Below, in pieces: positions 20,955-31,471 of a stretch of 64,000 bases of DNA. Positions within the stretch are counted from its first letter, which is position 1. Each line of letters starts with the position of its first letter. The DNA comes from an uncultured Candidatus Rokubacteria bacterium (GTDB lineage: Bacteria > Methylomirabilota > Methylomirabilia > Rokubacteriales > CSP1-6): the NCBI GenBank assembly GCA_963754315.1, contig CAVWFS010000007.1:736001-800000 (forward strand), given 5' to 3'. Position numbers and translations under genes: made by a program. Below the pieces are notes generated by a model. The model was not told the origin of the DNA. It made no database searches and saw only the letters and a program-made list of their open reading frames with translations.

Positions 20955-21816
20955 GTGCGTCGATTCCTGGCCCTCTCTGCTCCTGTGCGTCGTCCCGACT
21001 GGCCTGGCCGAAGCCCAGGATCTGCAAGGGACCCTCAAGAAGGTCAAGGATAGTGGCAGCCTGAATCTCGGTTTCCGCGAGAGCTCGCGGCCGTTCTCGT
21101 TCGCGGGCCCCGAAGGTAGACCAGCCGGCTACTCCATCGATTTGTGCCTCCGCGTCGTGGAGTCCGTGCGGGAACAGCTCAAGCTGTCGAGCCTCAAGAC
21201 CCAGTGGTTCCCGGTGACGCCGGAGAACCGAATCCAGTTGGTTACCAGCGGCGCCATCGATCTCGAATGCGGATCCACGACGGTCACGCTCGGCCGGCAA
21301 ACCTTGGTGGACTTCAGCCTCCTCACCTTCGTGGACGGCGGCAGCCTGCTGGCACGCCTCGGCTCGAATATCACCACGCCGGCCGACCTGGCCGGCAAGC
21401 GCGTGGCCGTGGTCCCGCGCACCACGACCGAGAAAGCGCTGACCGACGCCCTGCAGAAGAGCTGGATCACGACCGCGCGGATCGTCAGCGTCAAGGAAAA
21501 CGCCGAGGGCCTGGCGGCCGTCGAGCAAGGCCGTGCCGACGCCTTCGCATCGGATCGCACTGTCCTCGTCGGCCTCCTCGGGCAGGCCAAGGACCCCAAG
21601 CAGCTCCGGGTGAGCGGGCAGTACTTCTCCTACGAACCGTATGCCCTGATGCTGCGTCGCGACGATCCGGACTTTCGACTGGCCGTCAACCGCGCCCTGG
21701 TCAGGCTCTATGAATCCGTGCACATCACGCAGATCTACGAGGCATGGTTCGGGCGCTTCAGTCAGGCCAGCAACCTCGTGCGCGCGATGTACTCGCTCAA
21801 CAGCCTCCCGGAGTAA
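20955..21816 (+). CDS. Amino-acid ABC transporter substrate-binding protein (GltI-like, orphan); frameshift in a CT run near 20972
   Basis: TLKKVKDSG.L.LGFRESS.PFSF, GYSIDLC, IDLECGSTT and EPYALMLRRDD; GTG 20955 and the start of the signal peptide are out of frame with the rest. Confidence 0.85.
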
Positions 21817-21880
21817 CACGTTCGGGGGTCCCGAAGTGGCGCAGCAGGTTTCCGATGTTGATGGCATGCCCAGGGTAGCG

Positions 21881-21919
21881 GAAAACGCGAGAGGCCCAGG
21901 GCTTCGGCCTGGGCCTCTT
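21881..21919 (-). terminator. Rho-independent terminator downstream of the PEP-CTERM gene
   Basis: AGAGGCCCAGG-GCTTCGG-CCTGGGCCTCT hairpin followed on the minus strand by CGCGTTTT. Confidence 0.7.
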
Positions 21920-21941
21920 GACGCTAGGGAAGGTGGAGGAA

Positions 21942-22528
21942 CTACTTCTGCCGGCGGAGCCGAAGGCCGAACCCGGCCGCCCCCGCGAGACCGGTGCCTA
22001 GCAGGATCAACGTTCCCGGTTCGGGCACCGCAGAAACCGATCCAGAATAGCTTCCGGCAGTGCCGCTCCCCCCAACGAGAGGATTTTCCGCAGAGAACTG
22101 GAACGTGGCTGTGACAACGCCGGGTTGGACCAGCCCAGCGAGAACCGGGTTTGGCTCTGCTCCTGGGCCTGCTGGTGGCTCATACTGGAAGTCGGTGAGA
22201 TTGATCTGGCCGAGAAAGTTGGTAGCGCCGAACACCGGGGTGGCGATGATACTGTTCCAGGCGAGATCCGCCGTCCATTCTCCACCGTTCCCGTCGTCAA
22301 CGGAAAGAGTGCCGTCGCCAGTTACCAGGCCAACTCCCAACCCCGCGCCCAGGATCGTGAAAGTCCCCTCTATGGTTCGCCGAACAGCCCAACAAGCGCG
22401 GCTGGGCCATTCGTGATCTGGAAATCGGCACCGCCGTCCTCGGGGACGAATTCGAATTGGTTCGGGTTCCCCGTGAATTCTGTGCCAGCGCCCGCAACGC
22501 TCGTGAAGTCGAAGCTGACCGCATCGCA
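21942..22528 (-). pseudogene. PEP-CTERM sorting-domain surface protein lacking its signal peptide; frameshift near 22380
   Basis: C-terminus VPEPGTLILLGTGLAGAAGFGLRLRRQK; Gly/Thr/Phe-rich body starting DAVSFDFTS. Confidence 0.8.
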
Positions 22529-23055
22529 ATCGTTGGCGAACTTCACGGCGTCCTGGTCGGGCCCGATCGTTGAGAGACCGAGAGACGCGAGAATCTTGAG
22601 CCGGAAGGGCTTGATCTCGGCTACCACGACGTCAGCCCCCCGGTGGCGAGCCACCATGGCGATGAGAGCGCCGATGGGGCCTCCGCCGAACACCAGCACC
22701 CTGTCACCCGGTTTTACACCGGCGCGGCTCACGTCGTGGGTGGCGATCGCAAGAGGCTCGATCAGGGCCGCGTGATCGTCGCTGAGGGCAGCCGGAACCT
22801 TCAGCAGGCGTGACACAGGCACCGCCCAGTAGTCCTTGCATGCCGCCCGTCACGTCGACTCCCAGGACCCAGGTCATAGCAGAGGTAGGACGCTCCCATC
22901 CGACAGGCTCGGCATGTTCCGCAGAAGCGGAGCGGCTCCACTACCACTCGGTCGCCCACCTGGAAACCGCTGCCGACCGGCGCTTCCGCGACCTCGGCGA
23001 ACGTCTCGTGCCCGATGATGCCTCCCCTCGAGACGCGGTGGTCGAGATGGCCCTT
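22529..23055 (-). pseudogene. Internal fragment of a zinc-dependent alcohol dehydrogenase
   Basis: IIGHETF..GDRVVVEP..CGTCRACRMG.SYLC, then LIEPLAIA and VFGGGPIG; both ends missing; fused in frame to the PEP-CTERM body. Confidence 0.8.
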
Positions 23056-23249
23056 GACCCGGTGGGATCCGGGCTCTGCGTTGATGGCCGACAGTATGGT
23101 CTCTCCCAGACTCTCGTGGATCAGCGCCTAAACGGTATCAGATGTGATCGACCTCAGCGGTCGGTTAGGTGGGGTCGGGTGAATCGTGGCGAGCGGCGGG
23201 GCAACGGGAGCGGACCGGGTTGGTCCCGGTCCGCTCCGGTAAAACGCAG

Positions 23250-23687
23250 CTATTGCGCCCGCTTGGTGAAGGAACCCGAGAACGGCCCTCGATCGTCGCG
23301 GCCGAAGCCCGAGAGCTGCATAGCTCCACCGGGGCCTTCCTGGACGTCGAACGTCCCCGAGGCGATGTTCAGGTCGGAGCTAGGTCCCGTACGACCGGTC
23401 CGGTTGAACACGAGCTGGCCATCGACCACGCTGATCTTCCCCGTCGTGGTGATATCCGTCTGTATGATCGTGGCCCTGTAGTTGCCGTTGGCGTCGATGG
23501 TCATGTCGGCCGGTGTCGGCGCCCCTGACGTCCCGACGTACGACCCGGTCCATTTCCCCGCGAGCTTAGGAATGATCGACGCGTCAACAGCCTTCGAATG
23601 CGTCTTCGACGCGCACGCAACGACCCCTACCGCCAGCACCCCTAGGACAAGACTACCGACTGCCGAGCGAAACCCCAGTCCCCTCAT
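23250..23687 (-). CDS. Hypothetical lipoprotein, predicted small beta-rich domain
   Basis: Lipobox VVAC; LAGKWTGSY motif; GGAGGGG RBS. Confidence 0.75.
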   Translation of the reverse strand: MRGLGFRSAVGSLVLGVLAVGVVACASKTHSKAVDASIIPKLAGKWTGSYVGTSGAPTPADMTIDANGNYRATIIQTDITTTGKISVVDGQLVFNRTGRTGPSSDLNIASGTFDVQEGPGGAMQLSGFGRDDRGPFSGSFTKRAQ

Positions 23688-23852
23688 GAGACCCCCCTCC
23701 TGACTCTGAGTGACTTCCTGCGGTTTCCGATTCGCAATCGCAACTGATGCGGGATGACCCCCTCCAACCAGGCAAGATTATAGGCAGTCTGGCTGGTTTT
23801 CGGAAGAGGAAATTACCCCTGAGCCAGGCACCGTCGGCCTCTGGACTCCGGT

Positions 23853-24872
23853 TCAGCCCTCTCCGCGCCTCGGCGGGCGCTCGGCACGGGCTCGGGCGGC
23901 CCGCGCTTCCTCGGTCTGCCCCACCCCCTCCAGCAGGTTTGCCAGGCGCTCGTACAGGGGCCCGAGATCCCGGGGGTCCGGGTCGTCCTCGTAGATCGCC
24001 ACCGCACGGCGTAGTAGAGACAGGGCCAGGACAGGCTGCTGCAGGCCCTGGTATAGATCGGCTAGCCGCTCGAGGCAGGCCGCCACACCCGGTCCGTTGG
24101 GGCCCCCGATCTCCTCCAAGGTGACCAGCGAACGACGAAGCAGTGGGGCCGCCAGCTCGAACTCGCCGTCGTCCATGAACAGCTCGGCCAGGTACTGGGC
24201 CACTTCGGCGACAGGTGGCGAGTTGGCGCCGAGGGTGTGCTCGTAGGCAGACAGTGCGCGACGGTAAAAGCGTTCGGCCTTGTCGGGTTCGCCGAGCGCG
24301 TCGCAGCAGAGGGCCAGTCCCTCCAGAGCTTCGGCAACCTCGAGGTGGTCGGGACCGAACGTCGTCTCCAGAATGTCGAGCGCGCGCCGGTAGAAGGGCT
24401 CCGCGTCCTCCTCACGTCCGGCGTCGCGCAGAACAATAGCCATCCCGAGCAACGCCCGTCCCACGTCCGGATGGCGTACGCCTACCGCTTCCTCCAGGAT
24501 GCGGCGCCCCCGGCGAAACAGCTCCCGTCCACGTTTGATCTCGCCCGTGGTCGCAGCCACGCAACCAAGCGCGGTCAGCAGGGTCCCCAGCTCCTCGTGA
24601 TCGGCTCCTCGGAGGCGCTCCACCAGCGCGAGGCGCTGTTCCCCTATCTCCCAGGCGCCGGCCGGATCCGTGCTGCGACGCATCTCGAACAGCTCGCCGA
24701 GGATCTCAGCACGGGCCTCGTCACCGGCGCCGGCTCGCTCAGCCTCCGCCAAGGCCTCGCCGAAACGCAGCTCAGCCCGCACGTATTCCCCCGCACCTTC
24801 CGAGAATCGGGCAGCATCGAACAAGATTCGCCACCGACTGTCTGACTCCGAGCCAGGATGCGTCTCGCTCAC
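23853..24872 (-). CDS. Tetratricopeptide repeat protein (kinesin-light-chain-like 42-aa TPRs)
   Basis: Repeats G.DH.EVA..L..LA......G....AE..YRRAL...E. Confidence 0.88.
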   Translation of the reverse strand: MSETHPGSESDSRWRILFDAARFSEGAGEYVRAELRFGEALAEAERAGAGDEARAEILGELFEMRRSTDPAGAWEIGEQRLALVERLRGADHEELGTLLTALGCVAATTGEIKRGRELFRRGRRILEEAVGVRHPDVGRALLGMAIVLRDAGREEDAEPFYRRALDILETTFGPDHLEVAEALEGLALCCDALGEPDKAERFYRRALSAYEHTLGANSPPVAEVAQYLAELFMDDGEFELAAPLLRRSLVTLEEIGGPNGPGVAACLERLADLYQGLQQPVLALSLLRRAVAIYEDDPDPRDLGPLYERLANLLEGVGQTEEARAARARAERPPRRGEG

Positions 24873-25052
24873 CGCGTATGCCCCTCCCGCGCTCCGAGTG
24901 TACGCGAAAGTCCCTCGGGCGCACGATGAGGCGGTTCCATGAGGAGACCAACGGCCTGACTCCCGGCCGATTGTGCTGCTCTCCTGACGGTGCTAGCCTA
25001 CCCATGGCCTTCTTGCCCACGGGCCGGAGAGATCCACCAGGGGAGGGATTCG

Positions 25053-26264
25053 ATGATGCTCGCGCGCACACCAAAGGTGGCAGTTGCTCCGCTGGCGATT
25101 GTCCTGGCCCTGAGCGTCCTCTGGGCGGCCGTCCCTTGGGTCCGAGCGGCCGACCATGGCGACGCGCCGTTCGCCTCGAGCTACGCCGCAGGCGACACCA
25201 ACGACGTCTACGCTTTCCTCGACCCCAACGACAACAGTCAGATCGTGATCATCCTGACGCTGAGGGGTTTCATCGCTGCGGGCGAGAATGCAAACTTTGG
25301 GAACTTCGATCCTCGGATTCTCTCGGCGATCGAGCTTGAGCTGACGGGAGACGCGCAAGCCGATCTGTTCGCCTTCGTGGGGTTCAGTCCTCAGATCTTG
25401 CGGACCGCGCCGCAAACCGCCACCATCTCGGTGGCGACCGCCCCGGGCCAGGCCCCGATCCTCAGCTTCACCGCGCCGACGACGATCTCGTCGACCGCGG
25501 CCACAGCCCCACCGCGGACCATAACCACCCATGAGCCGACCGGCATCCAGTTCTTCGCCGGAATGACCGACGACCCGTTCTTCTTCGACATCCCCGGGTT
25601 CAGCCGGTTCGTGAACTCCGTAGTCACCGGAGCACCGGACCCGTCACAACTCCTCCGGGGCCGTGACAGCTTCGCCGGGTACAACACGATGGCGATCGCC
25701 TTCCGATTCTCGCGGAACTTGATGCCATCAGGCTTGACGAGCCTCGGAGTCGGTGCGCGGACGTTCCGAGTCAGCGGCACCATCGGCCAGCCGGACTTTG
25801 AGATCATCGAGCAGCTCGACCGAATTGCCACTCCGGCCGTCAACGTGGCGCTCGTCCCCTTCCCCAGCAAGGAAGCGCACAACGTGGCGTCCCCGCTCGA
25901 CGACGCCGCCGGTGCGTTTGCAGGTGGAATCGTGGCCACTCTGACCGTGCTCGGGACGAATGAGGCCAACATCAGTTTTCTGGCCAGTCTCGCCGTGAGC
26001 AACGGCGACCTTCTGCGCCTGAACCTGAACACTCCGAACACCGGCAGTGGCGGCGGCACCAATGGGCCAGCGGCCTTTCCGAACGGCCGTCGTCTCGGCG
26101 ACGACGTTGTGGACACTTTGCTCACCGTTATCACCAATGGGGGGATCACCACCGGGGATAACGTCAACGGGAACGAGCTGCCGCTTCTGAACGAGTTCCC
26201 GTTCCTGGCCCTGCCTCACCAGCCGCGCAATCCGGGCGTGCTCGACGACCAGACGCGGAACTGA
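25053..26264 (+). CDS. DUF4331 family secreted protein
   Basis: Signal peptide then ADHGDAP, D.NDVYAF, FFAG..DDPFFFD, RDSFAG.N and FPNGRRLGDDVVD. Confidence 0.88.
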   Translation: MMLARTPKVAVAPLAIVLALSVLWAAVPWVRAADHGDAPFASSYAAGDTNDVYAFLDPNDNSQIVIILTLRGFIAAGENANFGNFDPRILSAIELELTGDAQADLFAFVGFSPQILRTAPQTATISVATAPGQAPILSFTAPTTISSTAATAPPRTITTHEPTGIQFFAGMTDDPFFFDIPGFSRFVNSVVTGAPDPSQLLRGRDSFAGYNTMAIAFRFSRNLMPSGLTSLGVGARTFRVSGTIGQPDFEIIEQLDRIATPAVNVALVPFPSKEAHNVASPLDDAAGAFAGGIVATLTVLGTNEANISFLASLAVSNGDLLRLNLNTPNTGSGGGTNGPAAFPNGRRLGDDVVDTLLTVITNGGITTGDNVNGNELPLLNEFPFLALPHQPRNPGVLDDQTRN

Positions 26265-26296
26265 CGCCGGACCGCGAAGCTGACGAGGAGGTGGGA

Positions 26297-27577
26297 ATGG
26301 TCGGCCGGGTTGGGTTGGCCGTCGTTCTCCTCCTCGTGCTGGGGTTGGCCGCGGAGCTCCGTGGTCAGCCCCGGCCGACCGACGATCTCATCAAGTATTA
26401 CCAGGCGAGGCTCGCCCGCCGCGCCGATGACCTTCGTAACTATACCGGGTTGGGGCGAGCCTACATTCTGAAGGCTCGCGAGACGGGAGATCCCCAGTAC
26501 TACGACTTGGCCGACAAGGTCCTGACCCGCAGTCTGGAGCTCGGACCCGACCCGGCCACCGCGTCGGGCGCCGCCACCGAGCTCGCGATGGTTCAGATGG
26601 CTCGCCACCAGTTCCGCGAGGCGTTGGCCACGGCCCGGAAGGCGCTCGCCTACAGCTCCGAAAACCTCAGCGCATACGGCCCCCTCGGCGACGCCCATGT
26701 CGAGCTGGGTGAGTACGCGCAGGCAGCGGCCGCCTACGACCGAATGAAGGCGCTCTCAGGTCCGCTCTATCCGCACAGCCGCCTCTCGATGCTCTGGTTC
26801 CTGAACGGGGATCCTGCTGGAGCGATCGCCGAGATGCGTCGCGCGGTCGAGTCGGCCACCGTGGGCAGCCAGCCGAAGGAGAACGTGGCCTGGGCCGAGT
26901 TCAAGCTCGGAACGATGCTGTTCCAGACCGGCAATCTCTCGGCGGCCGAGCAAGCCCATCATGCCGCGCTGGCCGCGTATCCGGGTTATCACCGCGCCAT
27001 GGCCGGTCTGGCCCAGGTGCGCGCCGCGCAGGGACGCTACCCGGAGGCCATAGAGCTCTACCGCAAGGCTCTCGGTGTCATCCCCCTGCCCGACTACGCC
27101 GCGAACCTCGGCGACGTCTACACGAAAGTGGGGCGTTCCGAGGAGGCCCGCAAGCAATATGCCCTGGTCGAGTACATCGGCCTCCTCAACACATTCAACA
27201 AGGTGCTCTACAACCGCGAGCTCGCCCTCTTCTACCTGGACCACGACCTGAAACTCGCCGAGGCCCTGGACCTCGCCCGCCGGGAGCTCGGCGTCCGCCC
27301 CGATCTCTACTCGCACGACGTGCTGGCCTGGGCGCTCTACAAGAACGGCAGAACCGCGGAGGCGCTCGCGCCTATGAGCGAGGCACTACGGCTGGGCACG
27401 AAGGACCCGCGGCTCTTCTTCCACTCCGGCATGATCCATCGGGCCGCCGGCGATGCACGTCGCGCGCGCGACGATTTGGCTCGGGCCCTGGCGGCGAATC
27501 CGCACTTCCATCCCCTGCAAGCCGAGGTAGCCCGGCAGACCCTGAACGAGCTAGAAGCGCTCTCGCCGAAGCCGTGA
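26297..27577 (+). CDS. Exported TPR protein (DUF4331-associated)
   Basis: Signal peptide; LG.AYI.KARETGDP.YY, multiple TPRs and D.LAWALYKNG. Confidence 0.88.
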   Translation: MVGRVGLAVVLLLVLGLAAELRGQPRPTDDLIKYYQARLARRADDLRNYTGLGRAYILKARETGDPQYYDLADKVLTRSLELGPDPATASGAATELAMVQMARHQFREALATARKALAYSSENLSAYGPLGDAHVELGEYAQAAAAYDRMKALSGPLYPHSRLSMLWFLNGDPAGAIAEMRRAVESATVGSQPKENVAWAEFKLGTMLFQTGNLSAAEQAHHAALAAYPGYHRAMAGLAQVRAAQGRYPEAIELYRKALGVIPLPDYAANLGDVYTKVGRSEEARKQYALVEYIGLLNTFNKVLYNRELALFYLDHDLKLAEALDLARRELGVRPDLYSHDVLAWALYKNGRTAEALAPMSEALRLGTKDPRLFFHSGMIHRAAGDARRARDDLARALAANPHFHPLQAEVARQTLNELEALSPKP

Positions 27578-29163
27578 CTCGCCGAACGTCTGCGCCATCC
27601 CATGCCGCGAGCCTCCGCTGGCTGGCGCGGCTGGCGGTGGCAGCGCTCGTGCTCATTCCCTGCGCGTCTCTAGGGCATCCCCTCGGCAATTTCAGCATCA
27701 GCCAGTACACGGCCATCCGTGTGGAGCGCGATGCCGTGGACCTGCGCTACCTGATCGACCTCGCTGAAATCCCGACCTTCCAGGAGATCCAGGACACCGG
27801 ACTCGTCGCCGACGTCGGCCATCCGAGCGTGCGCTCCTATCTGGCCCGCAAGGTCGAGACGCTGAAGGAGGGTCTGCGGCTCGAGGTCGACGGCGTGCGC
27901 CTGCCACTGCAGACGCAATCGAGTGAGGTGATCTTCCCTCCGGGCGCGGGCGACCTTCCCACGATGAAGCTCGGCGTCGTTTACCGCGCATTGCTGCCGT
28001 CGTCGGCCAACGCGACCCGTTCGCTCCAGTATCTAGACGGGAACTTTCCGGATCGAGTCGGTTGGAAGGAGATCATTGCGGTGGCACGGCCTGGTGTCAC
28101 GGTCTCGCGGAGCACCGTGCCGTCGCGTGACCGGAGCCGCGAGCTGGCCGACTATCCGACCGATCTGATGGATAGCCCGCCACAGGATCGGGAAGCACGG
28201 CTCGTCTTCACGACCGACCCACTCCCGCTGCCGGCGGCCAGCACGCCGTCAGCGCCTTCCCTGCGCGGCCCATCGTCGTCAAGCGAAACTGTCGCACCCG
28301 GCCCGACCCGGCAGGCCGAGCCCGCCGCCAGCCCCGATCCTCCCCCCAGCGAACCCGCCCTCCGGCTGGAAGCGAACACGCAGACCACTCCGCGGAACGC
28401 GCTCACGGACCTGGTGAGGACGAAGGAGCTGAGCGCGGGCATCGTTGTCCTGGCCCTCGCCATCGCGGTCAGCCTTGGCGCCTTCCATGCCTTGGAGCCC
28501 GGCCACGGAAAGACCGTCGTGGCCGCCTATCTCGTCGGCGCGCGAGGGACGGCGTGGCACGCGGTCGTGCTCGGCTTGATCGTGACGGTCTCACACACGG
28601 CTGGCGTCTATGTGCTGGGCGCGGTGACGCTCTTCGCGTCACGGTACGTGGTGCCGGAGCGCCTCTATCCGTGGCTCGCCGTCGGCTCCGGCGTGGTCAT
28701 CGCCATCGTCGGCTTCACCCTGTTCCTACGCCGGTACGGGGGCCACGAGCCTCCTCATGCGCACCATCACGGCCCTGGCGAGCACGGGCACGAGCATGGT
28801 CACGGTCATGGTCATGGCGAGCATGCCGTCACCGTGCCGGCCCTGGTTGGTCTGGGCGTGACAGGCGGAATCGTTCCCTGTCCCGCCGCTCTCGTCGTGC
28901 TGCTCAGCTCGCTCGCCCTGAACCGGATCGGTTTCGGCCTGCTTCTGATCGTGGCCTTCAGCGTGGGCCTCGCCGCGGTCCTCATCGCGATTGGTCTGCT
29001 GATGGTTTACGCGCGCCGCTTCATGGCTCGATTCCAGGGAGAGGGACCACTCATAAAGCGCTGGCTGCCGCTGACCTCATCCGCCGTCATCACGATCCTC
29101 GGCATCGCGATTGCGATCCAGGGACTGATGGCCGCCGGGATCCTCCACGTGAAACTCGGCTAG
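27574..29163 (+). CDS. Ni/Co transporter (RcnA/NicO family) fused to an N-terminal periplasmic domain
   Basis: HPLGNFS after the signal peptide; HALEPGHGKT, SHTAGV, His-rich loop and GGIVPCPAALVVLL; GTGA overlap with the upstream gene. Confidence 0.88.
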   Translation: MTRRTSAPSHAASLRWLARLAVAALVLIPCASLGHPLGNFSISQYTAIRVERDAVDLRYLIDLAEIPTFQEIQDTGLVADVGHPSVRSYLARKVETLKEGLRLEVDGVRLPLQTQSSEVIFPPGAGDLPTMKLGVVYRALLPSSANATRSLQYLDGNFPDRVGWKEIIAVARPGVTVSRSTVPSRDRSRELADYPTDLMDSPPQDREARLVFTTDPLPLPAASTPSAPSLRGPSSSSETVAPGPTRQAEPAASPDPPPSEPALRLEANTQTTPRNALTDLVRTKELSAGIVVLALAIAVSLGAFHALEPGHGKTVVAAYLVGARGTAWHAVVLGLIVTVSHTAGVYVLGAVTLFASRYVVPERLYPWLAVGSGVVIAIVGFTLFLRRYGGHEPPHAHHHGPGEHGHEHGHGHGHGEHAVTVPALVGLGVTGGIVPCPAALVVLLSSLALNRIGFGLLLIVAFSVGLAAVLIAIGLLMVYARRFMARFQGEGPLIKRWLPLTSSAVITILGIAIAIQGLMAAGILHVKLG

Positions 29164-29181
29164 ATAGTCCGGGCAGAGAGG

Positions 29182-31238
29182 TCAGGGAGTGAACGCGATC
29201 GACGCGGAGCTCAGCCGGTTGATACGGGTCAGCGCGGGATCGACGAATACACAGAACGCCTCGACCTGGGCGACGCCAGGGCCGATGAAGCCAAAGCTCT
29301 GACTCGATTCGGTGATTGGCGCCGTGGGCCGTGCCGGCCGGATCAGATTCGCCGGCCCGAGGGTCCCCGTCGCCAGGTCTAGCGAGAAGAAGGTGACAGC
29401 CCCCCGGCGGTGACACGTCCAACCACATAGATGTCCCAGGGATCGCCGGCGCCGGGGAAGGTATTGACGGTCACCATGAACGACTGGCCTACCGGCACGC
29501 TGCTGCGGTTCGACTGAATCTGACAGCGCGCCTTGTCTTCCTCGGCCTGGACAGCGGTGAGCGCATCGGCGAGGCCGAAGCCGAAGCCCGTGTCCCGGCC
29601 ACCCGCGCCCAGATCCGTGGACGTGCCTCTCATCGCGTTGGCGAAGAACAGGCTCGGAATCGGGAAGCCCAGCACGTACGACGGGTTGGCCTCGGCGACG
29701 AGCGCAGCAACTCCTGCCACGTGGGGGGCAGCCGCGGACGTCCCGAAGAAGGGATCGAAGCCTGGACGACTGGTGAGCACGCCATCGACGCCGGTCAGGT
29801 CGGGCTTGCTGCGCACCTCTGGGGATGGGAAGAGGATCGTCACATCGCCGCGACTGCTGAATGGCTCGAGCGCGGTCGGTTCGGAAGCGCGAGAAGCGGC
29901 AACCGCCAGGACCTCCGGCACGGAGGGATGCCCGAATATGCTGCCCTCAGGCGTGTTGAATTCGGCGAAGTCGCAGCCAAAGCAAAACACCTTGAGCGGT
30001 GTCGCTGCCCCCGCGAACCGGCTGATCTGGATGTCTCCGCCGCAGATTGGACTCGGGCAGTTCAGGTCGATGGACTCGACCGGGTCGTCGTCTCCGTTCT
30101 GTTCCACGATCGACGAGCCCGCAAGCTCGTCTGTGCCTGCCTGGAACGCATACAGATCGTAGTCGTCCGCGGCGGCGCCGAAGCGGTTGCCCCACTGGAG
30201 GATGATCGTCAAGGGCCCCTGAGAGGCGGTGAAACGCATGCGGGTCGTGCCAGCCCCGAAGTTGTGTCGCGTACCTTGCACGTCCACACGGCCGGGGTTG
30301 AACGGCGCCTGGTAATGCCCGGTCGCGTCGTTGCCGCCCGCCGAGATGCGCAGAACAGCGGCCCCGGCCACCCGGTCGTTGAGGGCAATCAGCCCGTCCT
30401 GAAAGTATGGCTCCTCGACGAATCCCAAATCGTCGACGATGATGCTCGCGCCCGCCGACCGCAAGGCGTTCACCGACTCGATGAAGGCAAGGCGGGTGAG
30501 CCCCGACGAAAAGGCGAGGGCGGCCCCGGGGGCGCAATCGGCGATGATTTCCAGCATCGCCGTTCCCTCGTCGCCCACTCCTCCACTCAGAACCTGAACC
30601 GAGCCCACGTTGCCGGAGGCCTGGGATTGCGCGAGCCCGTCCACGCCATCGGAGACGACCCCGACCTTGACACCAGCTCCGGTGTATCCCATAGCACGCG
30701 CCTGGTCGCAGCGGTGGACGGCGTCACCCTGCGTGTTGACCGAGCCGGTGCGTGTTTGGCCTCCGGCCGCCTTGCGCGACCGCCCATAGCTCGGCGGCCG
30801 GATCCTCTTCACGGCCCCTTCGCCCGCCAGGACCTCCAGCTTCTCCACCGCCACCCAGCCCTGGACGATCTTGAATTCACGATTGACGATCTCGATGTCG
30901 AGCCCGTGCGCGCGCAGAGCATCCAGGCTCGCCTCGCTCGTATCCGTCACGGTGACCTCAACCTGAACCCGCCCCCCCGGGTCCACCTTGAGAAACGGCG
31001 AGGAGAAACGCCCGGCCACACCCATGTCGCCGGCGTTCTCCGAGGAGATGCCCTGCGTTCGGAAGTCGGCAATCAGCCCCCGCAGTCTGGAGACGATCTT
31101 CTTCGAGGCCGCACTCGTGGCCGGACCCGAGGAGCGGATTTCACCGCTCCCCCTCAGCTCCTGGCCGAGAACCGGAGCCCGACTGAAGAGCAGGACGAGG
31201 ACAGCGAGCCCGATCAGCCTACCGCGCCAGACCATCAC
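29182..31238 (-). CDS. Secreted S8/S53-like serine peptidase with a C-terminal Ig-like domain; frameshift in the G-run near 29400
   Basis: Signal peptide; VGVVSDG, GDEGTAM, SAGGND and FFGTSAAAPHVAG; the shifted frame continues AVTFFSLD...SASIAFTP to TGA at 29182. Confidence 0.88.
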
Positions 31239-31402
31239 GATCTAACCTCCGCCAGATCAAGGAAACTAGTGGCTGGACAAAGGATACCCTGCCTGTCACG
31301 CCTCGGACTCCTCGCAGTGTCTCTTTCTCACGGCACTGCACCTTCAATAACGGGTCAAATGCCTCTGCAAACTCAGGAGGGGATATGGCGCCTAACCCCT
31401 AA

Positions 31403-31438
31403 AAAACATTGACCTGATTCCATGCGTTCATGTACCAT
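31403..31438 (+). promoter_or_regulatory. Putative sigma70 promoter for the beta-barrel pair
   Basis: A-tract, TTGACC (31409-31414), 18-nt spacer, TACCAT (31433-31438). Confidence 0.45.
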
Positions 31439-31471
31439 CCCGGCAGGTTACGGCCACGCGGAGGGACCGGC

